The notes under the pieces were generated by a model. That model was not told the DNA's origin and did no database searches. It worked only from the letters and a program-made list of their open reading frames with translations. A program made the translations under genes and the position numbers. A stretch of 64,000 nt of DNA from an uncultured delta proteobacterium (GTDB lineage Bacteria; Desulfobacterota; Syntrophobacteria; Syntrophobacterales; Syntrophobacteraceae): contig CAWEHK010000010.1 of NCBI GenBank assembly GCA_963808625.1, positions 18,664 to 82,663 on the forward strand, read 5' to 3'. Positions 11,445-21,340 of this stretch are shown in pieces; position 1 is the first letter of the stretch; every line of letters starts with the position of its first letter.

Positions 11445-11552
11445 ATGGACGGAATTTTGCGCATTGGCTACTCACCGTGTCCCAATGACACGTTCATCTT
11501 TTTTGCCCTGACGGAAGGGCGCATCGATACGGCACCCTATCATTTCGAGGTG
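11445..11552 (+). pseudogene. mqnD: N-terminal fragment of 1,4-dihydroxy-6-naphthoate synthase
   Basis: MDGILRIGYSPCPNDTFIFFAL is the MqnD N-terminal signature; homology stops after about 36 codons at a REP half-element. Confidence 0.85.
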
Positions 11553-11644
11553 GACTCCCGCTGGAAGCATGCGCGGGTGACGGTTGGAGGGATTTTTTGG
11601 ACACCCTCTTAGGCATAGTAATCAACAAATAGGAGAGGTTTTCG

Positions 11645-12783
11645 ATGACTTCACATCCCCTTCCATACATGCTGTTTCCGTACTCGGTTCTGTCTGAACA
11701 AGAATCCCGCCACCTGTCGGTCCTGCTTCCATGCCTGGCGGTGCTGCAGGTGATTCGCCCGCCTCTGACCCCCGGTTGGCTGCAAAACCAGATCACCGGA
11801 TGGCCCGTGATCACGGAACAGGAACAGCTCAAGACGCTCAAACTCTGCTTGCAGGGTTATCAGCAATTTGCCGCCGTCCACGGGGAAAATAGCGTGCTTG
11901 CTTCGTTGCGTCTGGATCAGATTTCCAGGGACTTTGCCGAGAGTCGTTTTCGCATCCAGACGAACTGAAGAAAAGTGATTCCGATGAATTGGATGATTCG
12001 GAAAAAGCACTTCTGGAAGCGGCGATTTTCCTGGAGATGGCCAGGGATTTGGAAGAAAAAGAGATAGAACTGGAGGCCGGTTTTAATCAGATCAGTAGCC
12101 TTGAGGGCGCCTTCCGCGAGGTCCTTGGGATTTCGGACGAAGAAGAGCTGGCCGACGCCATCGAAACCTTGAGCCCACCGCTGAGGTCTGAGAAAGCTTA
12201 CCTTTCTTTTATGCTTCCCAAACGGATTGAATCGTGGCTTCGGCTGTTTTCCAATAACCTGCCCGAGGCCTGCCCGACCCTGGTGACGACTTCGGAACAG
12301 GTCCTGGAGGAACTTTTCGAGCCGGTGCGCGTAGCCTGCGAACGAACCGGGAAAACCTTGGGACCCAGCGCCTGATTTTAGGCTCCATCCCCGCGCTCGA
12401 TGACCTTCCGCCGGCGGAATTCCTCAGCCTGCTCAGCAACCCGGAAGCATCCCCCTTGCTCGCATCCGTCCTGGCAGTGCTTGCAAAATACGCTCCTCTC
12501 GCCTCATGACACCGCCAGTCGCGAACAATTGTCGGAGGCCTTCGAAACCCTGCAAGACTATCTCCGGCTTTACCGCCGGGAAGTCGGCCTGCCCGACGGC
12601 GCCGAGATCCAGATGGACCTGGTCTATGACAACGCGATAAGATGGAGCACCCTTCATCAATATTTTGAGCAGGTGGGTAATTTTGAGCAGTTCACGGGGG
12701 ACTCTTGCCCGGATGATTCGATCAAGATCCTGGTATGCCGAGTTATGATTTATTTCTCTGCTCTCGATCTCCGGGAACGTTGA
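11645..12783 (+). CDS. Hypothetical protein, probably one gene split by frameshifts
   Basis: Three consecutive same-strand ORFs (11645-11968, 11989-12375, 12400-12783) whose frames join with single-base shifts. Confidence 0.6.
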
Positions 12784-12854
12784 ATCCCACAATTTCTTCG
12801 TATTTCTATTCGGTCATTCGTATTGGAATTGGATATTCGGTTGCGTTCTCAGTT

Positions 12855-14573
12855 CTATAGCTTGCCCGACCGGAGAATCGACACAATCAGCCAGACCCCG
12901 AGGATGGTTGCAACGACGTAGCCGGTCAGGCCAAAGAGGGCGGTCAGAGAGACCTTATTCAATCCCAGGAACGGGACCGTAAGTTCCAGCACTTTTTCCG
13001 AAGAATTCAGGACCAGCGCGGCAGCGATGATGGATGCCGCAATGATCACTCCAATGGTCAACCGGTTCACGCCCTTCTCAAGGTGCGTATCGAGAAGCTC
13101 GAAGCCGCTGTGCACCAGTTCCAGCCGCTGCCTTCCCTGGGCCGTCGCGCGCAGCACATCGTTCACATACTTGGGAATGGTCTTGCCATAGGTCGCCAGG
13201 GCGCGAGCATCCCGGCCCAGGTTCTTGAGCATGCTCCGGGCGTCGTACCCGCGCTGCAGCAGCTCCTTCGCGTAGGGTTTGGTCACTTCGAGAAGGCTGG
13301 CATCGCTGCCGAGGATCTTTCCCAGGGCTTCCGTCTGGATGAAGGTCTTGAGCAGCAGCAGGAGATTTCGCGGCAGGCGGATACGATATTTCAGGATCAA
13401 CTGCATCAGTTGATCGTAGACGTCGCGCACCGAAATGTTTTGCAGGGATCGCCCATAGAAGGACTCGCTCATGTCCTTGAGGTCGGTGCGAAAGGCCTTG
13501 AGGTCCATGGCCTCGTCACTGACCAGCCCGGCGTCCAGCAGGGCATCCATCACCATATCGTAATCATGCTCGGCATAACCCAGGAAAAGATTCGCAATCT
13601 CGCGCATCATCTCATCATCCAGGTAGCCGGTGATGCCGAAGTCAACCAGGCCGACGCGCCCGTCGCGCATGACAATCGTATTCGCCGGATGCGGGTCGGC
13701 ATGGAAGAAGCCGAATTTCATCAGTTGCCGGGAAAATGAGCGGAGGCCGATCAGGGCGATTTCCTTGGGGTCAATCCCCATGGCGCGCATGGCTTCGACC
13801 TGGTCCATCTTGACCCCGTCAATGTGTTCCATGACCAGGACCGATTTCGACGTGTAGTCCCAGTAGACCCTCGGGATGTAGATTTCTTCGTCGTTCTTGA
13901 AGTTGAAGGCGAACTTCTCGATGCTGCCGGCTTCGATCAGCATGTCCAGTTCCCGAAAGATCACCCGCTCGAACTCCTTGACCAACATTGACGACCCCGA
14001 GGATGCGGCCCATCTCGAAGGCCTTTTCAATCCGGTTCGCCAGAAAATACATGAGGCGGATGTCTTCCCGGATTTTCTTGTCGATCCCGGGGCGAATGAC
14101 CTTGACGGCAACCTTTTCTCCGCTGAAGAGTTTCGCCACGTGGACCTGGCCGACGGACGCCGCCGCCACGGGCTGGGACTCAAAGTCCTGGAAGATCTTG
14201 TCCAGCGGCCGCTTGAGCTCACTTTCGATCACGCGCTGGATCTCGGGAAAAGGAGTCGGGGGGACCTGGTCCTGAAGCTTCTTGAACTCCTCGATGTACT
14301 CGGGAGGGAAAATATCCGCCCGCGTGCTCATCAACTGCCCCAACTTGACGAAGCTCGGACCCAGCTCTTCGAGAGCAAGACGCACCCGGACCGGAGAGGG
14401 AAAACCGGGTTTGCCAGGAAGCGCATCAGACTCAGAGACCTCCCCGGATTTCTTCTCCCGCGCCCCGGACGCTGATCAATCAGGTTCCCAAACCCGTGTT
14501 TCGCGAGGACCCGGGTGATGGTCCCGAATCTTCTCATCCCCCTGAAACCGGACATGCTTCCAAGCAGCTTCAT
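12855..14573 (-). CDS. ubiB: AarF/UbiB/ABC1 family atypical kinase; frameshifted
   Basis: LEELGPSFVKLGQLMSTRADI, AAASVGQVH, VAVKVIRPG, FFHADPHPAN, VDFG motifs across three frames; C-terminal TM helices. Confidence 0.9.
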
Positions 14574-14606
14574 GCAGATCTTTCCTCAACCCTCCGCACG
14601 AGCATC

Positions 14607-14810
14607 TCAATCTCCCCTCTGCCTCGCAAGCCAAGTCGGATAGAAGCTGGCCCACTCCCCGAAGTCCAAGACCCAGTCATCATCCTCTGGTTCTTCACCG
14701 CTCGGATAGGCAGCAAAAAAGGTTTCAGAACGAATACCAAACCTACGCTCAAACTCAAGCAGTGCTTCTTCGAGTGCATGAATGTCCAATAATATGTTGC
14801 GCAGGCCCAC
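14607..14810 (-). CDS. Small acidic hypothetical protein (antitoxin-like)
   Basis: 67 aa, LLEFERRFGIRSETF...DFGEW pattern typical of small TA-associated proteins; RBS GAGG. Confidence 0.6.
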   Translation of the reverse strand: MGLRNILLDIHALEEALLEFERRFGIRSETFFAAYPSGEEPEDDDWVLDFGEWASFYPTWLARQRGD

Positions 14811-14823
14811 TGTTAACCTCTAT

Positions 14824-15063
14824 TCAAAAGGAGTAAACGGGCATACAAACCTCACGGTATGCCTTTCTCCGGCCTCGCAGGTTTTCCTGAATCGTCTTCA
14901 GTACATTGGCCGCATAGTAACGCGTACCACACTCCCTGCATACACCTGCAGGCACATTCTCAAATTGTACGTAGCCGCCTCTGACCTTACGATGAAGAGT
15001 GACACGCCTTTCGGTGATTGGCCCGCCACAATACTCACACGTTTCATTTTCCCAAAAGCCCAT
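14824..15063 (-). CDS. YgiT/MqsA-type zinc-finger protein (antitoxin-like)
   Basis: CEYCGG ... NVPAGVCRECG, the YgiT-type zinc finger pattern. Confidence 0.9.
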   Translation of the reverse strand: MGFWENETCEYCGGPITERRVTLHRKVRGGYVQFENVPAGVCRECGTRYYAANVLKTIQENLRGRRKAYREVCMPVYSF

Positions 15064-15080
15064 CTTATTCTCTTCCCGCT

Positions 15081-15356
15081 CTACCTTCCAGGTTTGTCCT
15101 CATAGACTGTTATGACACGAACTTTTCCCGACAGGGTGACGCGGCATACAACCCCAATGGCGCGGCCATCCAGAGCCGAACCGATCAATTCGTACTTCCC
15201 CTCTCTCGGCCAGCTTCTTCGGATCTTACCAGTCAAAATACCCTGTTCAACATCATAGATATCGAAGTCATCCGCATCCGCTTCATCATAAGCATGTTCG
15301 ATAAGGTAGTACAGGCCGTTACGGACGAGAGCTTGAATTTGTTTGATCTTACTCAA
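15081..15356 (-). CDS. DUF4258-like putative RelE-fold toxin
   Basis: EHA, KYELIG, C-terminal VITVYED; paired with downstream YgiT-type zinc finger. Confidence 0.8.
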   Translation of the reverse strand: MSKIKQIQALVRNGLYYLIEHAYDEADADDFDIYDVEQGILTGKIRRSWPREGKYELIGSALDGRAIGVVCRVTLSGKVRVITVYEDKPGR

Positions 15357-15359
15357 AGT

Positions 15360-15451
15360 TGGCCACCTCGACCAGGGTTGTCACCAGATCCACACGCCTC
15401 GTGTTGCTACACCGAAGGGACTGCGAGAGGAGCGATATCAATAGAAATCAT
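15360..15451 (-). pseudogene. Decayed PIN-toxin remnant
   Basis: ATGA overlap with the RHH gene; reads MISIDIAPLAVPSV*QHEAC, resembling PIN N-termini (MILxDTGPLVA...HxxC). Confidence 0.4.
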
Positions 15452-15699
15452 CTTTTCCCGCCGAATCGCTCCCTGAGAACTCCTCTTGTCATCATTGACA
15501 ATTCTCCTCTGCCGCTTTCTGCCTCGCCGACCAAATCGCGGGTCAGCTCGTAAGGTTTCTTTCCTTCTTCCTCAAGCACCCTGCCGCAAAAATCCCTGAC
15601 GGATCGCTTGAGGATCTCCGTCTTGGTGGTTCGGAGGACTTTCGCTGTCCTATCGAGCATCGCCCTTGTTTCTGCGTCGAGTCTCACGCTGACAGGCAT
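15448..15699 (-). CDS. Ribbon-helix-helix (CopG-like) antitoxin
   Basis: MPVSVRLDAETRAMLDRTAKVLRTTKTEILKRSV fits the RHH pattern. Confidence 0.75.
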   Translation of the reverse strand: MPVSVRLDAETRAMLDRTAKVLRTTKTEILKRSVRDFCGRVLEEEGKKPYELTRDLVGEAESGRGELSMMTRGVLRERFGGKR

Positions 15700-15805
15700 T
15701 GGGTGCCCCTCGACCTCCCAGATTCTATCGCATCCAGTGATTATCAAGTTCTATTATGGGTGGTTACCCTGTCAAGAAACGAGTTTGCCGAAAACCGTTG
15801 AGGAC

Positions 15806-16538
15806 CTACTCCTTCGCCTTGTTCACACAAAGGAACGCCACGACAAACATCACCGTCCCGAGTCCTGCCAGAATAAGATATGAGAACGCCTCCGGCGCCT
15901 CGCCAAACGCCGTGCTGCGGATTATCTGGGCGGCATGAGTGAGCGGCAGCAGATGCAGGATTTTTTGCGCCCACACGGGCATGCGGTCAACCGGGAAAAA
16001 GGTGCCGCCAAGGAAGGCCATCGGGGTGATGACGAAGTTGGTGAGCAGGGCCTGATCGGCGTGGGACCTGACCACCATGGCCAGGCACACGGCGAGGGAG
16101 GCGAACAGAAAACTGTTGAGCAGCACCGCCAGCCAAAAAAATAGATTGTACGAAAGCACGACCCCGGAGAGCAGCCCAATCACGATGATCACCGCTACCG
16201 ACAGCAGCGCCCTGGTGATCCCGGCCAGGACTTCGCCGGTTACGTAGGCAATATTTCGATCGGCGCCGCCTGGAATTCCTCGAAGATGCGCCAGTAGAAT
16301 CTGGCAATGTTGATTTCGCTGGCAATGGCAAAAGCCTGCGTCATGCTGCTCATGGCCACCAGCCCGGGCACCAGGAACTCGAGGTAGGACCGCCCCTGCA
16401 CCTGGACCCCCTGCCCCATCCCGAGACCGAAAGCGACGAGATAGAGCAACGGGCCGACGGACATGGAGGCAAGCTGCGGAAGAACTTCTTCCTCAAAATC
16501 AGCAGCTCGCGCCGATAAATGGCCAGGCACCCTCTCAT
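15806..16538 (-). CDS. ABC-2 type exporter permease (NodJ-like); frameshifted
   Basis: YLEFLVPGLVAMS, FLGGTFFPVDRMP, LLPLTHA motifs across frames. Confidence 0.85.
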
Positions 16539-17373
16539 GGTAAAACCTTCTTGCCGGTCACCGCCAGGAAGACATCCTCGAGGTTCACCCGGCGCAGGTG
16601 AAGCCTCCGTGCCGCTTTTCCAGGTGCCGGTTGGCCTCCTCCCGCGATTGAAAAAAGATGGTTTCCATCTCGCCATCGACGATCTCATCGAGGGCCCACG
16701 CTCCCAGCCTCGCCATCAGGTCCTGGGGGGTATCGACGGCCACGATTCTCCCTTCGTCCAAAAAGGCGACGCGCTCGGCCAGAAACTCGGCTTCCTCGAT
16801 GTAATGCGTGGTGAGAAAGATCGTGGCGCCACCCTGCTGAATGCTCTTGACGAGGGACCAGATGCGCCTTCTGATGGTCGGGTCGAGACCCACGGTTGGT
16901 TCATCCAAGAACAGGATTTTGGGAGCATGCATCATGGCGCGGGCAACCATCACCCGTCTTTTCAGGCCGCCGGAGAGGTGCTTAATGGGGCTGCTCCGCC
17001 GTTCTTTGATCCCGATATAATCGAGCAACTCGTCGATCCTCGCCGCTCTTTCCCGCGCGGCCATGTGAAACAGTCTGCCGTGAATGTCCAGGTTCTCCTG
17101 GACGGTAAGCTCATGATCAAGATTGATGGTCTGCGGCACAAGACCGCATTGTCTCTTGGCCTCGAGCGACTCCCTCACCACGTGATAGCCATGGACATAG
17201 GCATCACCGGATGTCGGGTTCGCAAGACCGGTCAGGATTTTGATAGTGGTCGTCTTGCCCGACCCGTTCGGCCCCAGGTAGGCGAAGAGCTCCCCCTCAC
17301 CGACCTCGAGGCTGACCCCCTTCAGGGCCTGAATGGCGCCGTAGTTCTTGGTCAGATTTTCAATTCTGATCAC
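16535..17373 (-). CDS. ABC exporter ATP-binding subunit (NodI/DrrA-like); C-terminal frameshift
   Basis: GPNGSGKTT, LSGG, LFLDEPT, TTHY motifs. Confidence 0.92.
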
Positions 17374-17521
17374 GGAATGTCTCGTCGAAAGTGCATGATC
17401 CCCTTGAGGTCCCCGGCAGAGAGATAAAAAGCGCAGAGTGGGTTATCATTGAAGGCATTGAAGATCTGCACAGGATGGAACACGATAGTCGGTATCAAGT
17501 CCTATAATCCGTCAGAACGGT

Positions 17522-17905
17522 TCACCAATATCTTGTCACTTGATAAGCATCGAAAGCCCCGTCCGTGCTTATGATAGGCAGTTTTTCCTTCAACCCCTGT
17601 GCGATCAACAGGCGATCAAAAGGATCACGGTGATGATAGGGAAGTTCGGTGACAAGAGAGAGATGATCGATTTGAATTGGCAGAATTTCAATCTGGTTTG
17701 TGTCCAGTTGCTGCCTGATGAATTCGTTATATGGCAGCGGAATTGTCAATCTTCCCAAGCTGATCTTGATGGCCATTTCCCACAAGCTTGAGACGCTGAG
17801 AAACAGTTCGTTTCTCTCAGTCATCAACTGTTGAGCCAAGCCACTCAAACGAGGATCGTCACTAATAAACCAAAGGAAAGCGTGAGTATCCACGAGCAGC
17901 CTCAT
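17522..17905 (-). CDS. vapC: PIN-domain toxin VapC
   Basis: MRLLVDTHAFLW, SLWEMAIK, HRDPFDRLLIAQ. Confidence 0.93.
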   Translation of the reverse strand: MRLLVDTHAFLWFISDDPRLSGLAQQLMTERNELFLSVSSLWEMAIKISLGRLTIPLPYNEFIRQQLDTNQIEILPIQIDHLSLVTELPYHHRDPFDRLLIAQGLKEKLPIISTDGAFDAYQVTRYW

Positions 17906-18132
17906 GACATGTATTCCTGAAAGTCAGCCAGTGGTTCATCGAAATCCTCTCTCATTCGTATGAGGCCCTTCGCACTCCCAGGTCGGCGACAGGGTTGCTC
18001 CTCCTCAGGGATGCGAATAACCCTCAGCACTGGCCGCTCTTTTCGAGTGATCAAGACTTCCTCGCCCTGAAGCGCATTTTCGAGGATCTCACCCCAATTC
18101 TTCTTTGCCTCATCCAATTCAACATGACGCAT
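17902..18132 (-). CDS. Phd/YefM-like antitoxin (DUF2281-like C-terminus)
   Basis: EAK...GEEVLITR...RRPGSAKG...DFDEPL; ATGA-coupled to vapC. Confidence 0.85.
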   Translation of the reverse strand: MRHVELDEAKKNWGEILENALQGEEVLITRKERPVLRVIRIPEEEQPCRRPGSAKGLIRMREDFDEPLADFQEYMS

Positions 18133-18164
18133 TGCATAAGTTCCTTTCTCCTGCATCTTGCCTC

Positions 18165-18392
18165 TCATATCTTCATATAAACCCTGCAACCGCGCAACTC
18201 AAGCATTGAACAAAGAGGAAAGTCCTGGTCGGCCGTGATAACTATTCGGCCTTCACGGCGGGCCATTTCCAGCAATTCCGTATCCGTAGCCCGGTCTTTT
18301 CCGATCTGGTGAGCATGTACGCCCTCGTGCCCATGGGCCTCCAGGACTTCCAACAGGAGTGCGGAGACTGGCATATCCAGAAGCACTTTCAT
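18165..18392 (-). pseudogene. DUF5615/Mut7-C-like PIN toxin, C-terminally truncated
   Basis: MKVLLDMPVS...ATDTELLEMARREGRIVITADQDF then loss of similarity. Confidence 0.75.
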
Positions 18393-18622
18393 GAGGCAAA
18401 CTCAACGACCTGCTCATCCGCCAAAAAGGCTGCGTACGAGAGCGCCTCCTGAATGTCCTCGACTTCAAGATAGGGGTATGATTTGAGAATGGATTCCTGA
18501 GTTTCACCGGCAGCCAGGAGTCCAAGCAGGCGAGACACAGGGAATCGCAGCCCCCGAACGGTAGGCTTCCCACCACAGACTTCAGGGTTTACAGTGATCC
18601 GTTGAAAGGTCATGGGAAACAT
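18389..18622 (-). CDS. DUF433 family antitoxin
   Basis: RITVNPEVCGGKPTVRGLRFPV...YPYLEVEDIQEAL. Confidence 0.93.
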   Translation of the reverse strand: MFPMTFQRITVNPEVCGGKPTVRGLRFPVSRLLGLLAAGETQESILKSYPYLEVEDIQEALSYAAFLADEQVVEFAS

Positions 18623-18859
18623 CTCCTTTCCGTAACATCAAACACGGCATCTCTCAAACATTATCGTCCACCTCGCGTTCTTTATCAAGGCTGACGGTAC
18701 TTACGCCGCTGAAACCAATGAGCTGAACTACAATCATAGGGGGTTCGCTTTCGGGTAGCGCCTCAAGGTCATCAAAGAGGGCGAGTCGCATGGCCCCGAG
18801 GATTTCTGCTTCTATCCGAAGTAACCTGCCTTTTCGCCTGAACCTTAACGGAAGGCTTG

Positions 18860-18950
18860 GCAGGAGGCGTGAAGCCAAAGACCGGATGCGAACCCATGGA
18901 AGAATCAAGAAAGTGCCGTCATAGGCAATCAAGCAGAGGTTATTTCCGCG
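18860..18950 (-). pseudogene. Short remnant of DUF4338-type mobile-element protein
   Basis: LIAYDGTFLILPWVRIRSLASRLL resembles the conserved NNxRFLILPWVxxxNLASxxL segment. Confidence 0.55.
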
Positions 18951-19048
18951 CACCGTGTTTTCGGTGGAAATGGAACAGATGCAGTTGACTTTCCTACAAT
19001 CGCATGTTTTCCTGAGCAGGAAAACTACTGTTTCCAGGAAAATGAGTC

Positions 19049-20140
19049 ATGTTTAGCGAGAAAGAGATAATCCGGAAATTTGAAGAGGGCGGGGTATCAT
19101 TGCCACCGCTGCAGCTTCGACTTTCCTCTCGAAAAGAGGGAGCTGGCGACAGTGGGGCGGATGCAACCATCGAGGTCTGCTTGGGTGAGCAGCGGGAAGA
19201 GTTTGCAGTCGAATTCAAGGCCCAATCCACACCGAGAGTCCTGCGTGAGGCAATGTACAGGGTAAGAGCCGCAGTTCGTGATACGGGACTAAATCCTATG
19301 ATCATTGTCCCCTATCTCAGTGAGGATGCGCTCAGGGAACTCGATGTTGAGGGTGTGAGCGGATTAGATCTATGTGGAAATGGCATCGTGGTTGTGCCGG
19401 GCAGGATGTTTGTTTATCGCACCGGCAATCCTAACCGCTTTCCCAGTTCAGCCCCCATCAAAAACATCTATCGCAAGAACACTTCGATGATAGCCAGGGT
19501 ATTCCTGGTTCGACCGAGATTCAATCGGGTCACGGAGATAATGGAAGAAGTCAATCGACGCAATCTCCTGTCCAGATGGGCGGGACAGCCAATAGCGCTC
19601 TCCACGGTATCGAAAGCGATCAAGGGGCTGGAAGACGACATGATAGTGGGCCGAAAAGGTTTCGCTCCCAGTCTGCTTCAGGCCGAGAAGCTCCTTGACA
19701 GGTTGTCGGAGAACTATGCCGAGCCCAAAGTGGGGCAATTCATGAATTGGAAGCTGCCGCTGCCTTCAGGAGCGGGGAAATCTGAGGATATGTTGAAGGA
19801 AGCTTTCCGGAGCGGCATTCCAGCGGTTGTTACCGGCACCAGTTCGGTTTCCAGGTATGCGGTTATGCAGTCGGGAGATACGCTCCGCATTTACTGTCCC
19901 GACCCTAAAGACTGGCTTGCAAAACTTCCAGGTGATCAGTCCGATCGTTTTCCGACCTTCTCGATTATTCAAACGGAAGACGCATCGGTTTACTTCGATG
20001 CCAGATCCCATGAAGGAATAATTTGGGCTTCACCGGTTCAAACTTATCTAGAGTTGATGAAAGGCGACAAGCGGGACCAGGAAACGGCTGCGCAGGTGAG
20101 AGATACAATTCTTCGGCAGCTCAAGGAGGATCAGCCCTGA
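19049..20140 (+). CDS. AbiEi-like (type IV TA) antitoxin/regulator with N-terminal PD-(D/E)XK-like segment and winged helix
   Basis: ADATIEV...FAVEFKA, IIVPYLS, LDLCGNG, HTH-like LSTVSKAIKGLE, C-terminal ASPVQTYLEL. Confidence 0.65.
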   Translation: MFSEKEIIRKFEEGGVSLPPLQLRLSSRKEGAGDSGADATIEVCLGEQREEFAVEFKAQSTPRVLREAMYRVRAAVRDTGLNPMIIVPYLSEDALRELDVEGVSGLDLCGNGIVVVPGRMFVYRTGNPNRFPSSAPIKNIYRKNTSMIARVFLVRPRFNRVTEIMEEVNRRNLLSRWAGQPIALSTVSKAIKGLEDDMIVGRKGFAPSLLQAEKLLDRLSENYAEPKVGQFMNWKLPLPSGAGKSEDMLKEAFRSGIPAVVTGTSSVSRYAVMQSGDTLRIYCPDPKDWLAKLPGDQSDRFPTFSIIQTEDASVYFDARSHEGIIWASPVQTYLELMKGDKRDQETAAQVRDTILRQLKEDQP

Positions 20141-21033
20141 ACGGAATCATTACGTTGACCACCGCCTTGCTCGATCTGTCCAACGAACTAAGGGGTACGG
20201 ATTTGAGCCTGATCGTGGGGGGTGGCTTCGGTATCTATCTCAAATACCGTGACTTACTGGAGACAGGCTCACGAACTCTTTTGAGTCGTTGGCCGGAGCC
20301 GCGTTCCACAAACGACCTTGACCTTTTCCTTCGTACAGAGCTTCTGGCCGATTCCCGGCGCTTGGTGCCACTTGTCAAGGCACTGGATAAATTAGGTTAC
20401 AGGCCGGTTGAAACAGCCAAGTACTATCAGTTCTACAGGCCCGGTTCAGAAGGCGGAGAGGCCGGCAGTTCGAAGATCGATATCTTGACCGGTCCCGAAC
20501 AAACCTTGAGAGATGCCGGTGTCATGGCCAAGGACCGTCGTGCTCGCCCGAGGCCCAAAATACCTCTCCATGCCCGTACCTTGGATGAAGCACTGACATT
20601 GGAGGAACATCTCAAGGAGGTCATTATCGATGGCCGCCGGAGCGGTGGTGAAAACGAAACTGCCGCGGTCTTTTTGCCTCATCCTTTCACGTTCATTATG
20701 ATGAAGCTCTTTGCTCTGAGAGACCGAATCGATGATTCGGAGAAAGACTGCGGGCGTCATCATGCTCTGGATCTCTATACGACCCTTGCCATAATGACGG
20801 AAGAGGAATGGGAGGTTTCCATCCAACTTCACAAGAGACATATCTCAGATGCCAAAATGATCGAGGCAGGTGAGTTGGTACGCCAGCTTTTTGGGGATGA
20901 ATTCAGTCGTGGAGTACTGAGGCTGAAAGAAAACATCTACTATCGCCCCGACTTTCAGGTGAAAGAATTTCTCCAAGCTCTTAGAGACCTATTTACTCAG
21001 GCCAAAGGTAAGCGAAAGGACTGGCGCCGATGA
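20137..21033 (+). CDS. AbiEii-like nucleotidyltransferase toxin
   Basis: LIVGGGFG, PRSTNDLDL (GG...RxTxDxD), IDIL, MMKLFAL, RHHALDL; start probably CTG overlapping upstream stop, AGGAGG 7 nt upstream. Confidence 0.7.
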   Translation: MNGIITLTTALLDLSNELRGTDLSLIVGGGFGIYLKYRDLLETGSRTLLSRWPEPRSTNDLDLFLRTELLADSRRLVPLVKALDKLGYRPVETAKYYQFYRPGSEGGEAGSSKIDILTGPEQTLRDAGVMAKDRRARPRPKIPLHARTLDEALTLEEHLKEVIIDGRRSGGENETAAVFLPHPFTFIMMKLFALRDRIDDSEKDCGRHHALDLYTTLAIMTEEEWEVSIQLHKRHISDAKMIEAGELVRQLFGDEFSRGVLRLKENIYYRPDFQVKEFLQALRDLFTQAKGKRKDWRR

Positions 21034-21340
21034 GCCGGCAGTTGGCAATAAGGCTGATGAAAAGGTCCCTTCCCGCGCCCCCCTAAGGCTCTTGAAGAAC
21101 AGAGAGATTTCTCCGAATGGAGGTCGGGTCGTGAGGAGAGACGGGTAATTCCAAGGGCAAACAGCTCAAAGACAGATCAAATCCGCAACGGCCAGATCCC
21201 GCATCTGATTGCACCCTCCGGCAACTGAAATATTGAACAATCCTTCTAAACGCTTTATAGTAGCCCCACTTTGAACCTGGAGAGTCCACAGCAGTCCTCG
21301 ATGCGGGACCAGAGGCTGAAAGGCTGAAGGAAAAATACCC

